From NCBI GenBank assembly GCA_051362555.1, contig CM120640.1, positions 35,545,967 to 35,609,966 on the forward strand: a stretch of 64,000 nt of DNA, in the 5' to 3' direction. The notes under the pieces were generated by a model. That model was given only the letters and a program-made list of their open reading frames with translations. It did not search any database and was not told the origin of the DNA. Made by a program: the position numbers and the translations under genes. Source of the stretch: Lingula anatina (Eukaryota; Animalia; Brachiopoda). How positions within the stretch are numbered: position 1 is the stretch's first letter; every line of letters starts with the position of its first letter. Positions 44,156 to 59,100 of this stretch are shown here, in pieces.

Positions 44156-47100
44156 ATGGATGAAGTTGATGATAGAAGATTGCTGGTTCAGTTTAAGAGT
44201 GAAGATGGAGAATCTACAGGGTCCCCATTTGACCTACCCATAAACATCACAAAAGACAAACTGCAACTGATCTGCAATGCACTTCTTCAACAGGTAAAAT
44301 AAATGCCCAGATTTGCTGTTAATTGGTTTTTTTGCCAGAGGTAACAGCTACAACACTAATTTATTAGGTTATAATTGTATCCTTTTCACGTCAAGCAGTA
44401 CATTTTTTGTATTAGTTCTGTATATTTGATGCAAAAAGGGCAATTGGCCAATTCAATTGTATTGATAACATTTACTTGATATGTGTTATGATAACATATG
44501 TAGCCTTAGATTTCTTTGGTTCTTTGATACTACAGTTTTGAGTGAGTCTTTATGAATATTCCATACATTGTTACCTATTGGTATTTTGCAAGGGTTCCTT
44601 TCAATCAGCATGAGGTAGTTTGAATATTTAAATAATAATAATAATAAAAAGTGGTCTTTTTTCTGTTTACTTTTCTACATGTACAATATTTCAAGCCACC
44701 AAAATGAATACTTTCAGGAAGAAGCAACACCATACTCATTTTTTGTAAGTGATGTAGAAATCACAGAGACGCTAGAAAAGTCTTTAACAAAAGACACATT
44801 AGAGGACACAGAGAAAGTTGTGGAAATTGTCTACCAGCCACAAGCTGTATTCAAAGTACGAGCAGTTACAAGATGCACCAGCACCATTGAGGGGCATGCA
44901 GAAGCTGTGATATCAATAGCATTTAGTCCAAGTGGAAGGTAAAGATTTTATATCATTCTTGTGTTTACTTATCCTTCTCATTTTTGTCAAGTCCAAATTT
45001 TGAAGCTAGCAATAGTAAATTTGTTATATTTTTTCATTCATTAAGTTGAAATTCCCTATACTAAAGTAAGCACAGTTAGGTAAAATGAAAAGAAAAATTG
45101 ATTGTTATTATAATGCTGTGTCATCCACTTACAATCATACAGAATGGATTTTGATAAAAACATTGTCTAAACTATGGTCTTTCAGAAAATATTGCAAGTT
45201 TTATATGTAACATGTTGCACTTGTTGATATTCATAATGTTCTAAAGAGACATTTTATTTTTCCATTCTCAAGGTACCTAGCCAGTGGCTCTGGGGACACA
45301 ACTGTTAGATTCTGGGATCTTAGCACAGAGACTCCTCAGTTCCAGTGTAAAGGTAACATTTGGGTTTTGATTTATTCTTTATTCTCTCTGAAGGAGTTCA
45401 TGTTTTACCGAAGTTTGTGGTTTTATTTAAACACTGTATTTATTATTATTGAATGTCTGTATGTTAGTCTTTAAATATGCCTTATAGGCAATTTAATCAT
45501 TTAACTAGCGAATTCTGTGTTGTGTCAACATTCTTTTTGGTAAAAGTAATTGAACAAACACTATCTGTTGATTTATGATTATTGTTCTTTAAAAGTCATG
45601 CATAGTAGTTACACTCTTAATTGGTTTGAAAAAGGGATGATGTTGAGATATATAGTTATCCATATAATATGATTTATAGTTTCAAGGTTTCCAACCATGC
45701 ATAATAGTCACATCCTTGTTATTTATATTGAAATTTATTCTTTTAGCTCACAAACATTGGGTGTTATGTATTGCATGGTCTCCAAATGGCAAGAAACTAG
45801 CATCAGGTTGTAAAAACAGTCAGGTGAGTCAAAGCAGCATGCAGGTATATGGTAAATATATTTTTTTCCAGAATTAAGCTAATTGTTAGAATAATCAAAA
45901 AGAAAGTACAAAAACCTTAATTGGTTCTAAAGAGAATAAAAATGTTTTTCTACAAATGACATTATGGCATTTCCACTGTTGCTGACAGGTTAAAAGTCTC
46001 TTCAAATAAATAACTTTTTTCCATCATTATCAGCGATAGATCCAGAAATATTTTCTGACAGTCTTCCAAATTATCTTTGTTGATACATCCTCCAGTTTTG
46101 ACCGTCTTCTGACAGAAAAAAATTAGATGCCCGTCGGTGTAAACTTGAAAAATTCTGACCATCTTCTGGAAGACCCAAGTTGGCTCTGTCTGCCCCTGAT
46201 TATGCTAGAGACAATGAATAACCTTTAAGGATATATCTGTGCATTTGCCTCCCCATATTCCCCCTGATTGTGTTATGATCTGTTGTAGCCTGGAGAGCTT
46301 GATTGCTTTGCACAATGTCACATCTAACACAATGACATGTTAACTATGTCAAAATGTGTGAGATGATATTAATATTGTGTTTGCATTTGTAAGATAAATC
46401 CTGCAGACATAATTGTTTATATGTTGTTTAGTAACTTCCAACTTTTCTACATTGATTTAAGATGTAAAAAAAAAAGATGTTTAAGATGTTTTAGCAAAAT
46501 CACAATATTGAAATACTGAAACTTTGGCTTCGTTCTTTGAAAGGTACATTTCTTATTTTTATAAAAAATATAGGTCTGTATTTGGGACCCCTCTTCAGGG
46601 AAACAACATGGAAAGACTTTGATTGGTCACAGGCAGTGGATCACATGGTTGACATGGAAACCTTTACATTTGTGAGTTGAATGTCTAGTGATTTATGATT
46701 CCATTTCAGATACTGAAACTGTTGTCCCATATTATGAAAGCTGTATAATGGTTATTTAATGTTGTTGGTTTTGCTAAGTGCAGTTAACATTGAAGACTAT
46801 TGTTTTAAAGATTGTATAGACTTATTTATGACTAATGTTCCATTTTAAGAGTAGATGTGGCTTAAATTTATGCTGGCTTGAAATTGTTGAAGACTAAATT
46901 GAAACCTTTGTATTTATTTTCAGAGATCCAGAAAGCAGGTTTCTTGCTAGTTCATCAAAAGTAAGTAGTGTATCAAAAACAGCATTGTATTGAATTATGT
47001 GTTAGTCAAATTAGCTTTTTAAATTCATTTTGACTTGTTTATTTTTCTTATTTGTTTTGTTAAAAGAAATCTTTCATACGGTAAAGTCTTGAAAATTTCG

Positions 47101-50100
47101 TCGCTTAAAAAGTAATTAATATTTTTGATTGTGTAAATCCGACTAATTTTTCAAAATTACCTCTCCCCAACTCCCGGGGGTTGACGAAATTTTCAAAAAT
47201 CTGGCCTTTGGGCTTTTATCCTTAGCGACTGTTATCTTTGACCCTCCTATATTGTGGGATATTTATTACTACTTCCTAAGTCGTTTTCTGGTGGTAAATA
47301 ATAATCTATTTATTGTTGCATCTCGATTAAGTTACTGTACCCGAAAATATGTTGAGAATTATCTTCTCGGTAAGAAACATACCTCCTGATAGAGGAGAAG
47401 GATCAAGATAAGCCTAATTGCCGCCTTGCATCATAACCTGGAAGCGACATATTAAAAAAAATTACGCACTTGGCAACGTCTGTTGCATGCAGGGCTTTTC
47501 CCAGGATTGAGTGTCAGGCCTTCTAAAATTACCATCTGTAAGGGAGTTAAAATAATTGCTCCCGCTGATGATCTTCCGCAACTTAAGTTCCTTGAACTAA
47601 TATGAAAACTGCATTTTATTATTGCTTACATCGCGAACGATCTCCCGATGATGATATGAAAATTGCCTTTTCGTCTCGCTCGGATCGCGAACGATCTCCC
47701 TCTGACGATCTTATGCGAACAAAGTCCTGGCAATATTACGCAAACGATTCTTCGCCGAAGATATACCGTGAGCGGGGGAGGGGGGCTGATTAAAGATAAA
47801 ACAAAAATGATTTTTTTTTTAAATCCAAAGTGTGTTTGTGTTGAGGGGGGGGAGATTAAATAATGATCTCCCGCTGGCGATCTTCTGCGAACGAAGTTCC
47901 CTAAATCCCTTGAACTAATATAAAAATTGCATTTCATTCTTGCTTACATCGCAAACGATCTCGCGATGATGATCTTATGCGAACGATTCTCCGCCGAAGA
48001 TATGCCGTGAGCGGGGAAGGGGGGGTTAAAGATAAAATGAAAAATATATATTATTTATAAAATTCAAAGGGGGAGGGTTAGAATAATGATCTCCCGCTGA
48101 CGATCTTTTGCAAACTTAGTTCCTTGAACTAATTTGAAAATTGCATTTCATTCTTGCTTACATCGCGAACGATCTCCTGATGATGACATGAAAATTGCCT
48201 TTTCGTCTCGCTCGGATCGCGAATGATCTCCCTCTGACGATCTTACGCGAACGATTCTCCGCTGAAGATATACCGTGAGCGGGAGAAGGGGGGTTAAAGA
48301 TAACATGAAAAATATATGTTCTTCATAAAATTCAAAGGGGGGGGGGTTTAAAATAATGATCTCCTGCTAACGATCTTCCAGGAACGAAGTTCCCTTGAAC
48401 TAATAGTTCAAGTGCATTTTATTCTCGCTTACATGGCGAACGATCTTCCGGTGAAGATATGAAGATTGCCTTTTCGTCTCTCTCGAATCGCAAACGATCT
48501 CCTGCTGATGATCTTACGTGAATGGAGTCTGCTACAAATATGAAAATTATCTTCTCGTCTCGTTTGGATCGCGAACGATCTGTTGACGATATTACGCGAA
48601 AGATTCTCCACTGAAGATATGAAAATTGCCGTCTTGTCCCATTCGCATTGCGAACGATCTCCATGTACGAGCCAGGCAATCGTTAAATGGTCCTAAATTG
48701 AACATGGACATGAATAGAAGTGACGGGTATATTTCCCTTCGAGATAATATCTTGATTTTTTCATTGTGCCTTCCTCATTTAGGACAGCCGCCGATAACAA
48801 TAACGGCGTTACAAATGACAAAGCCGCGGCCTGTGACTTCTATTTGCCGGCTTGATAACGCACCTTGAGCCATATAATAGTAATGAAACTATTTAGACAA
48901 AAGGCCGACGTTCCCGCAATTAAGAACAGGAATTCACATCTTAACCACCTATATTGTGAGTAACCGCTCGCAGGAGCGCACTATTGTTCCTATCTCCCAT
49001 TGAGAATGTTATCGGCAATGATATCCTGATCGTATCATTGTCTTGAATCAACTGACGTATTACCTTCACGTTTGAGCTGGACAACACGGCCACATTTGGT
49101 GACGAACTTTTCAAAAATTATCGAGTACCTCATTTTCAAGGTCGACGAAGTTTTCAAAGGGAAAAAAATCACCTCGGCAGAAATCGTCTGCCGATGAAAT
49201 TTTCAAGACTTTACCGTAATTTTAAATGCATCAGAAGGCAATAACCATAATTTTATCGTATAAATTTTGCCTACTGGTATCTTGCGTTTTCAAGGTTGTT
49301 ACAGTACGAGTTGAATGCAGTAGGCTTGTGATGAATGTAAGTAAGATGTGAATTTGCTTTTATATTCTCTTACTTATTAGGATGCCACAATAAGAATTTG
49401 GGACACAGTTCTATGCCAGTGTAAGCTTGTCTTGTCTAGTCACCTACAGTCTGTCACATGTATTAAATGGGGAGGAACAGATCTCATCTACTCGGGCTCA
49501 CAAGACAGGACAATCAAAGTCTGGAGGGGAGAAGATGTATGTTTTTGTTAAATAACACCATTTTTTCCTTGTTATGGATACTTTATGTCAGTTAAATGGG
49601 TAACTGTCTTTTCCAGAAATAAATTCCAAACAGCTATGGCTTTTCATTCTTCTTATTGTTGCCTAATAAAAGAAATGTGTCTGTTTTGTAAAAATGCTTT
49701 AAAATTACATGTCATCTCTCACATCAATTGCTTTTCGTTTGAGGCCAGCAGCTAACTTTTCTTATCTTTTTCTAATTCCTTTAGGGTGTGTTATGTAGAA
49801 CATTACAAGGTCATGGTCACTGGGTGAACAACCTTGCCCTCAGCACAGACTATGTCATCAGAACTGGTTCTTTTGACCCTTCCACAGCCACTGTAGTACC
49901 AAGAGATATTGATGACAATGGTAGTTACTTTGGATTATTTATTTATTTATTTATTTTTTTATTTATTTTTTTTTTTTTTGGGGGGGGGGGGGGGGGGGCT
50001 TAGAATTGACTAACAAGTGGTATAATGAAAAAGAAGTTGCTGATAATTATAGCACCAAGAAAAAACATTACGCTGTGAAAAAGATCCAGGTGTTGTTTTA

Positions 50101-53100
50101 ATGAAAGGGCACCTGATTGTCATGTCATAGTGCATTGTTTTCTTTCATTGAATTGATTGGGGAGATATATTGCTGACATATTATAGGAAAGCATTTCAAG
50201 TCTTTTCCTTGTTTGCAGTTGAAGAACTAAAGAAAAAAGCTTTAGACAGATATAACAGTGCAACAGTGAGTAAACTTTTATATTTATTATATCATATTTA
50301 AGCAAGAAGTGGTGATTTTTTTAAAATAAAAGGTAATTATAAAACCATAAGTTAAAAAAAAGGAGTCAATAAAGAGTTGGGTGGTTGAATGAAAACATCA
50401 ATTAAAAGTTAAAGACATTAATTTACATGTTTGCTTGCCTTTAAAAAACAATGGGGAATGACAACTGTTCAACCATCATGAAATAAAGTAAAAGTGTTTT
50501 TGACTAAAATATTTGGCAAACTATAAAATTTATGAAAATATTTCCTCCATTCTGTTTCTTAGAATGCCATACCAGAAAGATTGGTATCAGCTTCAGACGA
50601 TTTTACCATGTTTCTGTGGCAACCAGAGACGGAGAAAAAGCCACTCACAAGGATGACTGGTCATCAGCAGCCAATCAATGAAGTTCTGTTTTCTCCTGAT
50701 GCCAGGTTAATTGCCAGCGCATCTTTTGACAAGTCTGTGAAATTATGGGATGGAAAAAATGGAAAGTAAGTGAATTAAGTAAAATGTAGGAGGAAAAGAA
50801 CTGCTATCAAGTTGGGTAGATGGCATGCATGGTAAAACAATATTGAATGTGAGGGGCACTTTTTTTCTGAAACCAAGCACAACTACTGCACAAGAAATCA
50901 AATGACGGGTTAACATTTCACCTAATCATCGTTGTGAAAGGGGTATGTCTTTAAATGGCTAGTTATGACACCAAACTAATCAAAAAAATCAAACTAATTG
51001 TAACAGCTTCACTCTGACCTGAAATTATTTGAAAAAAGATGAATTATTCATCAACACCAATCAGGCCTCTTACTTTGTATTTAAGACTAAAAAGCAAAAA
51101 ATTGAATTCTTAATACATGGTTTTCCCTTTTCCAAATCCAAACCCACACATGGGATGTAAATCCTTGTGAGTAGAAGTATATTTCATGTAATTTTTTTAC
51201 TGTACATGTGTTACTTGTTAGATAAATTATTGATAAAAACAATGGCAGGAGTTAAGGTACACTATTAGTATATACTTTTTTATTTTCACTAAAAAAAATG
51301 TTTAAAGTGAGTAAGTGTTATTGGGTCAGAATACTGTGTAAGAGAATGCTTTTTGTAATAAAACACACAAAACAGTTATTTATGAGCTTCTTTTTCCCAC
51401 CAATTTCAGACATGGATTTGGTGTTAAATACCAAACAAAGGCAGAATATAAGGTTTTAGAAATATACAGGACTTGAATAACTTATCTGCACCTTTACTGA
51501 CCACAGCTGTGGCAGCATATTTTTGCTGCTTGATTCCTAAAATGCTGACAGTCTGTTAAACATATTGATAGCAGCTTGATATCTGTGTCTTTTCACATAT
51601 GTAAATGGACTTGTTTTGATACTTGATCACATTTTTTTCAGGGCTGGGGAAAAATCTGGCACTGATGATAGATAATTCTCATAAAATTTCATCAAAAAAA
51701 ATCACTGCCATTAAAAAAGTTTTTTCTTCAATATATCAGTATAAAAATTCGGCTGCACTCATAGTAAAAAAAGTTGAGTGTTAAGGTGTGTTGCAAGTGG
51801 CAAGAGAGAGTAAATATTAAAGATTATTTGATTGTATTTCCATTCCTGTGGTTAGGCACCCAAGTTCATAGAGTGCAATAGCTCTGCAGATGTGATGGTA
51901 TCTGGTGCTTACATTTAACCAAAATGGTGAAAAATTCATGAAATGTAAATTGGAAAATAATTGTCATTAAGTCTCATTTGATTTCCCTGTAGATGAAAAG
52001 GATAATACTACGTGATCTAATGTTGTGCTGTTTGCATTAATGGAAATGTGAGAAGGCTTCTCAGAAAACAAGCCAAATGTCTGGTTTATTTAGTTATGAT
52101 GGGGATGAAAAAGTGCGATGGATATGTATTTTTCTCAATTTTAACTGCTCACACATTGTCATTTGTGTATGGACTTTTTAAAAAAATTATCTGAAAATAG
52201 AAAATGCCTTGTAAAAACATCAGAGGAAACAAAAAACGTAAATGCCATTGCCATCTCTTTTATTGATGTAAAATGCCAGACATAGTATCCTTTGGTGCTT
52301 TGTATTTTATCCCCCCATAGGGATTGGTTGTTTATCAGCTTTAGTCTTTGATGTTGTGATCCCCATTTTGATCTGGTACTAAAATCAATAGACATATCCT
52401 CTCTATTTCACATTTAGTGCACTAGATCATAGAAGTAATTGTATTAACTCTGAATCATCCTTTTATCTTTGGGCCTAATTGCCAGTTTTATCCCATTTTG
52501 GGATCGATGTAGTAATAAGCAAAGGATTTTTCATTTGCCCGTTTAATCATTTAGTTGGAAGTGGGATCTCTGATCTCTGTCCTTCTTTCAACCTACAGCA
52601 TATAGCTGATTGAAATCCTTATCCACGACCACACAAATTCACCCAAAAAAAATTTTTAATGATGAATATGGTGATTGGGAGGTTGAATAAAAGGATTCTT
52701 TGAAATGATTTCCCCCTGCAATAGAGTTGGTAATTGAGAAGCTTTTGAAAAAACATGTTCTCTAAAATATTTTGATATTGTGATTAGAATTCCTCAGCGG
52801 TATACAGCTTTTGAAGTTGATCTCTATGAAGAGGAAACTTTGACTTTAGGGGGAAATTGGGAGACACTTTCAGATGCTTCATCAAAGGATATTGATTCCA
52901 ACTTAATTTTGATTTGACAGAGAAAATTGAAGAGATTCTGCAGGCTTAATAATTTCCCCTTAGCTGAAAAGGCTGTCAGTATATAAGTGCGTTTTCTGAT
53001 GCAAGGCCAATCAATTTTGAAAGATTGACATTTCTTGGGAGTTAAAAAACCAATTTTTTCTGGGTAATTCTTTGATTGCTTATTAATGATAGTTTTTCTT

Positions 53101-56100
53101 TGCAAATGGATGGCTTTTGTGATAGCCTCCAGTGTTATTTGTCTGCAAAACGCCAAAAGTACTCAAACAATATCTACCATCCATTGGCAAGTCAGAGTCC
53201 CGGTAGAACATTTGTTTCGAAATTTTCCCATAATGATGATTAATCCAAGACATCTGTCATTTTTTTTATCTTCAGAATTGATATTATTTTTTTACATAAA
53301 AAATGGCGTTCCATAGTATAGACTGACAGCTAGTATATTTTAATACATTCTTCTATTTTTTATTTGCAAATAATAACTTAAAGAAATATTAACATACTTG
53401 CCCTGAAAAGGTAACAAGAAGCTTTGCTATTCACAAAAGTTAATTAAGTGTAGTTAGAAAAGATAATAATGTGGTTTCTCCTATTTTTCAGCATAAATTA
53501 AAGCTTTCAATTTTTGTATCACATGGAAATTGTATTTATTAGTTCTGATAACCAGAGTATTTACCTTTTCTTTTTTTACAAATTCAAACGTGATCACTTA
53601 AAAATTGGTAGAAGAAAATAAAAATGCATACACCTGCTTAGCTTAGTACACACTTTGGGTTTTAATACAAATGCACCCAATGAGCTTTCCATTAAGTGGA
53701 TTCTGGTTAACCAGTCATATATTTTTGAAGAACTAGACAGTCCTCTTCAGCAAACAACTAATCCTTTAAAATATTGATGTGAAGTGGTTTCCCTGAAATT
53801 TGAGTGTGTTGAAAGGTCCGTCTTCCATTGGCATAATACAAAAATAATGTAAAATTTCATGCTTTAGATTCTAGGGCATATAGCTAAATATTTAATTATA
53901 TTTTATCTATATATCCAAAGAATTATCTGCTTTATTATTAACATGCTTTGTATCACCACAAGTGTGTCATATAATAGGGTGTATCAAATGTTTGCTTTGT
54001 ATTTTTAGCTTTCTTTGTTGATTGACAAAAATGTTAATTGGTAATTCGGTGTTATGCAATTTATTTAGGACATGCCCTCCTACAGTTTTCTGTCAAAATG
54101 AATGAAACCATGACAATTTGTCATTCTGTACTTTGGTATTGATCACCTGCATGCAGTGATAGTTGTGAAAAAAAGGTTTACTGTTGGATTGTGTCATAAA
54201 ATGTGATTGTAACTACTTGAGAAATGGCTGAAAAAGGACCATCTAATTTGGTACACAGGGCTTTTATGAGCTTGCAAATGATGGGATGAGCTAGCAGATG
54301 CCTCAACTTGTTCAACTTGGCCTACTGTTCAAAATCACAGAGGCCATGTTGTGAAAAATGTCGTAAGTCATGAGAATGGGTTGAGCTAGGGATTTTATAC
54401 ATTTGATCACAGTAAACAGAAGATTTGCCTGAATTTTGTGTTCTTTTGGTGTTGCCTTTGTAACGTAATGTCATCCCATGCTTTCAATTTCCCTTCTGAC
54501 AAAGCAGAAAGAGGGGGTTTATTTGCATTTGGGAATATTGGTCTGATCTTAGTTTACTTCTTACTAGTACCTACATTGAAGTAGACATGATACTTACATA
54601 TAAGACAATTTTGAGATAGATATATTTGATTATAAATTTAAAGCTTATTTGTTAAACTGTATTATATTTTACTCTAGATATATTGCATCATTAAGAGGGC
54701 ATGTCCAGAGAGTGTATCAGATTGCTTGGTCAGCAGATAGCCGGTTGTTGTGCAGTGGGAGTGCTGATTCTACACTCAAAGTTTGGGACGTCAAGAATAA
54801 GAAACTACTCCATGATCTTCCTGGACATTCTGATGAGGTATACCTAAATATATTTTTACATATTTAAAAAATATATTGTAATATTCTTTTTCTCATTTTA
54901 GTAAAATATGCAAGGTAAACATTTGTAAACCAATATCAATTCACCAGCTCTTATGGTCCATAATATTATTGTTATTGTTTTTAGATATTGTTTGGATTTT
55001 TTTTTTTAGTTATTTTTCAAAGATAAAAAGTAACGACACATTTCTATCCAACTTATGACAGTTTTTCTTAGTATATACAGTCTCAGTAGATTATGCTACT
55101 AAAATTTCTAATCATAAGGAGTCCTACTAATGGTTTATGATTTAAAAATATCAACAAAAGTGCACTTCAAGCATGAAATCATCAAACAGCTAAAGACAAT
55201 TATTAAACTGATAAAAGAAATTTAATTTCAACAAGAGGAGCCCTAGATTCCATTGAAATCTGTTATCATTTCTTTTCCTCCTGAATAACTGTTTATACTG
55301 AGAGTTTTGTGAAATTGTAGCTGTAGGTAATTTAAAAATCATTGTTATTTAGTCTGCTGCAATAGCATATATATCACAATTTGACTGGAATTGCTACCTT
55401 GCTCTTTCTCTGTGCAATAATTAGTCTCCATTTAATGTCAATATATCATTTTTTCAGGTGTACGCTGTAGATTGGAGCCCTGATGGACAGAAAGTTGCAA
55501 GTGGGGGAAAAGATAAAGTAATGAAAATGTGAGTATGGTTTGGAGTATTGACAGGAGTTTGAATTTTTTTTCAACAGCATTGCACAATTTAAAATGCAGA
55601 TGTGTTTGTGTCTGTTTATACAGATCAGCTGCTGCAGCATATATCCATGTCATCTTTGCCACTATTGCTGCAGACTCATGGGAAGGGGAGGGAGGTATTC
55701 CTTTTGAGCAGAAAAGGAACGCTCTGAATCAAAATTTGATCTAGGCTTTATTCCATTTCTCAAGTTGGGCCAATAAGGGGGGAACCAGTCCACTATTTTT
55801 AGAAAATATTTCTTTTGTTTCTGCCACTGTTGCAATTTCCGTTTAGCAAATACTCAGTTGTTCCATCACTGTCAGGCTATATCATAAATTCTTTCCAGAA
55901 TTTTTGACTGTATAACCATACATTTTACTGATACTTCTTACATCTGTTTCTTTAATTTTTTTCTTCAGTCACAAATGTACTTTACATGTTACAGTAGCAA
56001 ACAACTGCATCTGTCAGTGCCACAGGAGTGAAAGCCATGTGCATCTGTTGGTAAAATAATAACTTATAATAGAGGCCACTGATTTGCTTAAATTATTTCT

Positions 56101-59100
56101 TAATATATTCTGGAATACACACTGGGCCAAGATATCTGAAGAATGTACTTTTCCTTAAATTCTGCCAGAGTCATTCCTAGTGCTTAGATAAAGGCCCAAG
56201 TTTGAAAGTGGGACTGCACAGTCAGATTATCATTTCAAAGTGTGCTGTTTTATAATTATTCAAAGCAGAATTTTACCTTTTTGTGTAACCTTGTTTCGTG
56301 TCAGCATCTTCTCTATTTTGCATGATTATATCTTTAAGATGTATAATTAATTATTGTCACCAAACCCTACCACCAACAGTGTTTGAAATAGTATAATAAA
56401 GAGAAATCCCTTAGAGTTTTGTTACATTATTTCCCTAATATATATATATATATATATTAGGGAAATAATATATATATATATTAGGGAAATAATGTAACAA
56501 AACTCTAAGGGATTTCTCTTTACAAAGTAATGAAAATGTGAGTATGGTTTGGAGTATTGACAGGAGTTTGAATTTTTTTCAACAGCATATATATATATTG
56601 ATATATATATTCAGTATAGTATGATTTACGGACTGGAGGGAAATAATTTTTGCACAGATTTTGTACTTGCTTTCTGTGCTGTACATATCATAGAGAAAAT
56701 AAGGCTGCATTCACATCGAGTTGAGCCATGGCTCTACAAAGCCACGAATATGGCGGGGGTATGTCCCTGTGGGGGTACAGTCATTAAATCTCGGCTCCAT
56801 TGGGACGACACATGTTGAGGCGTGTGTGAGGCGGAGAGACTATTAAAAGATTAGGCAGTTTTCCTTTCATTAACGTCTGCCATATTTAGGTCTTGGTTTT
56901 GTAGAGCCACGCATGGCCTAAGTAGGTCAAATTGGAAGAAAGTGCAGTTTAAAAGCCTTTTTCTGCTTTCATTTATAAGTTTTTTTTTTTTTTTTTTTTT
57001 TTTAAGAAATAAGTATAAATAACTTATGCATGTTACAGGACATTCACCCTGGCTTCTTTTGCATCTTTAATTTTTGTACTATAACAGGTTGTCTCCTGTC
57101 CAGTCTTGATTGAGAAACTGAGGGTACTATTGTCATCTTCAGCTGTTTTTGTTTGAATACATGCTAGCATATATCAGTTTTAAAGTAAGAAAATGCATAC
57201 AACTTAAAGGTAAAGTGGTGTTTTGTTTTGCAGTCCTTAATTTTAACAGAACCATAATTTTTTTCTTCTTGTCTGTTTCTAACAGAACCAAATTTTTTCT
57301 AGTCTGCTTCTAAATATGTCTGAGTTCTTGATTTTATTTACAAAGCACATTTAGAATGAGAAAACCTGAAGTGAATGCCCAAAACCATGATCATATGGGA
57401 AAAGTGTGTGGACTTGAATCAAAATGCACTAAGACAGAACGTTGAACTATCCCCAAATACAAAAGAGGAAAGTAAAATAGGGAAAAAATGAGATGCCACT
57501 TATCTATGCAGGCAACATCAGATGCAGCTTTGACATTCTAATTGTGTTGAGGGTATAATTATAGTATTATGGCCAAAGAATTTTTGATAAATACTGGTAG
57601 TAATTTAATTCAAATGGACTTTTTATCCAGCACAAAGTTTCATAAGCAGAAACCCTAAGTTTTTTTGCCATTAAAAAACAATATGTGAAGAAAGATGTGA
57701 ATTTTCAATAGCAATTTATCTACCATCATAATGTTAACACAGTTTTGGATAATGAGGATAATTTGAGTGGCAAGTTCTACAAAAACTGAAAGGAAGTTGA
57801 GAACTTGTGTGGAAAACCTGCCTTGGGTCCCTTAAAAGTTGTTTTCAGTATGAGTGCTTACTAAAATTGTTGACAGTTTTCTAAGAAATCATTTGTTAAA
57901 GCTAAAACTGCATGACTATTTGTCTGTCCATTAACCTATGCCAATGGTTTGATGCTCTACTAGGGATGTGTACACCATTTTTCTTTTTTTATACTGTAAC
58001 AGTAGAAGCTTCGATGTAATTGAGTAGTATATTCTATTGATTTTAAAATAACAAAGTCTCAAAAGTCGAACTAGCATTCCCCTTAAAATTATTTACATTT
58101 CTGTGCCTAAATCTTTATTATTATTGTTGCTATTACTATTACTTTTATTATTATTTTTATTATTATTTAACTTGTCAAAATATATCAAAAGCAATCACTG
58201 TTAAACCTGAAGCTGAAAAAAATAATGACAATTAGTGCAGATTAACACAGGCTTAACTGGCTTGATTGCATTCCACATAGATTAAAGTGAAATCTTTAAA
58301 ATCTGTTTGTTAATTCTCTAGAAGAGTATTTGTTGTTACATGTTTGTGCAGAAGGCTCTTGTTCTTTTGATATGGGGATTAGATGATTTAGCACCCTTTG
58401 ATGGAGAATTGTACCTAGTTTTAAATTAGCATGAATATTCCTTTGTTCTTGGCATTATGAAATGCCCCACCTTTTTGAGGTGAAAATGGATAATGCTTTT
58501 GCTCAAAGCCACTCTGGTCTGCCAAATATAGTATTATCATAAAATTGTATTCGTATAGAAATACCTGGGGGCAGCCTTGATTTATCCTAAAAATGCTCTT
58601 TAAAAATGAAAAAAGCTGTGATAAAGTATCCTTGTCTGCCAAGAATGAAATAATTTTTGTTAATAGAAGCAGGTTACTGAAGATATCATTTACCTTTTCC
58701 TAAATGACATGATTTATGCCTAGATTTGAATGTCTGGCATATTTCCTTACCATGTCTATACTAGAGGTCAACTAATTTTCTCATAATTTTGTGCATTAAA
58801 CATGTTTTGTGCAACCTTATCTTAGACTCTCAGCATATCTTCCTTTTAACATTTTGGGTAACTTTGTAAAAAATGTGGATTATAAGGTAGATAATACAAT
58901 TTAAGGTGCTTTTTAAGTAGATAATACTATTCACTGGAGTGTGTGTTTTACATATTATGCAACATGACCTCAACTGGTACTCGTGCATGTACCGAGTCTG
59001 GCGTTCACCTCACACAACCAGGTGTTGATCCCACAGAGTCAATAACTGTGGCGGTTTGAATTTCCAATACCTCAGCCCTTTGACAAGGGGAGATCAATAC

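Noticed and set aside
47602-48868. Arg/Ser-rich ORFs
   Set aside because: They are translations of the tandem array in the TIR element and have no transposase motifs.
52590-52640. Minus-strand VVVDKDF resembling a MULE transposase motif
   Set aside because: It is an isolated short match flanked by stops, and the opposite strand gives a longer protein-like reading.
54838-54846. Possible U12-type donor (GTATACCT)
   Set aside because: It does not match the strict GTATCCTT consensus, so it is treated as a U2 intron.
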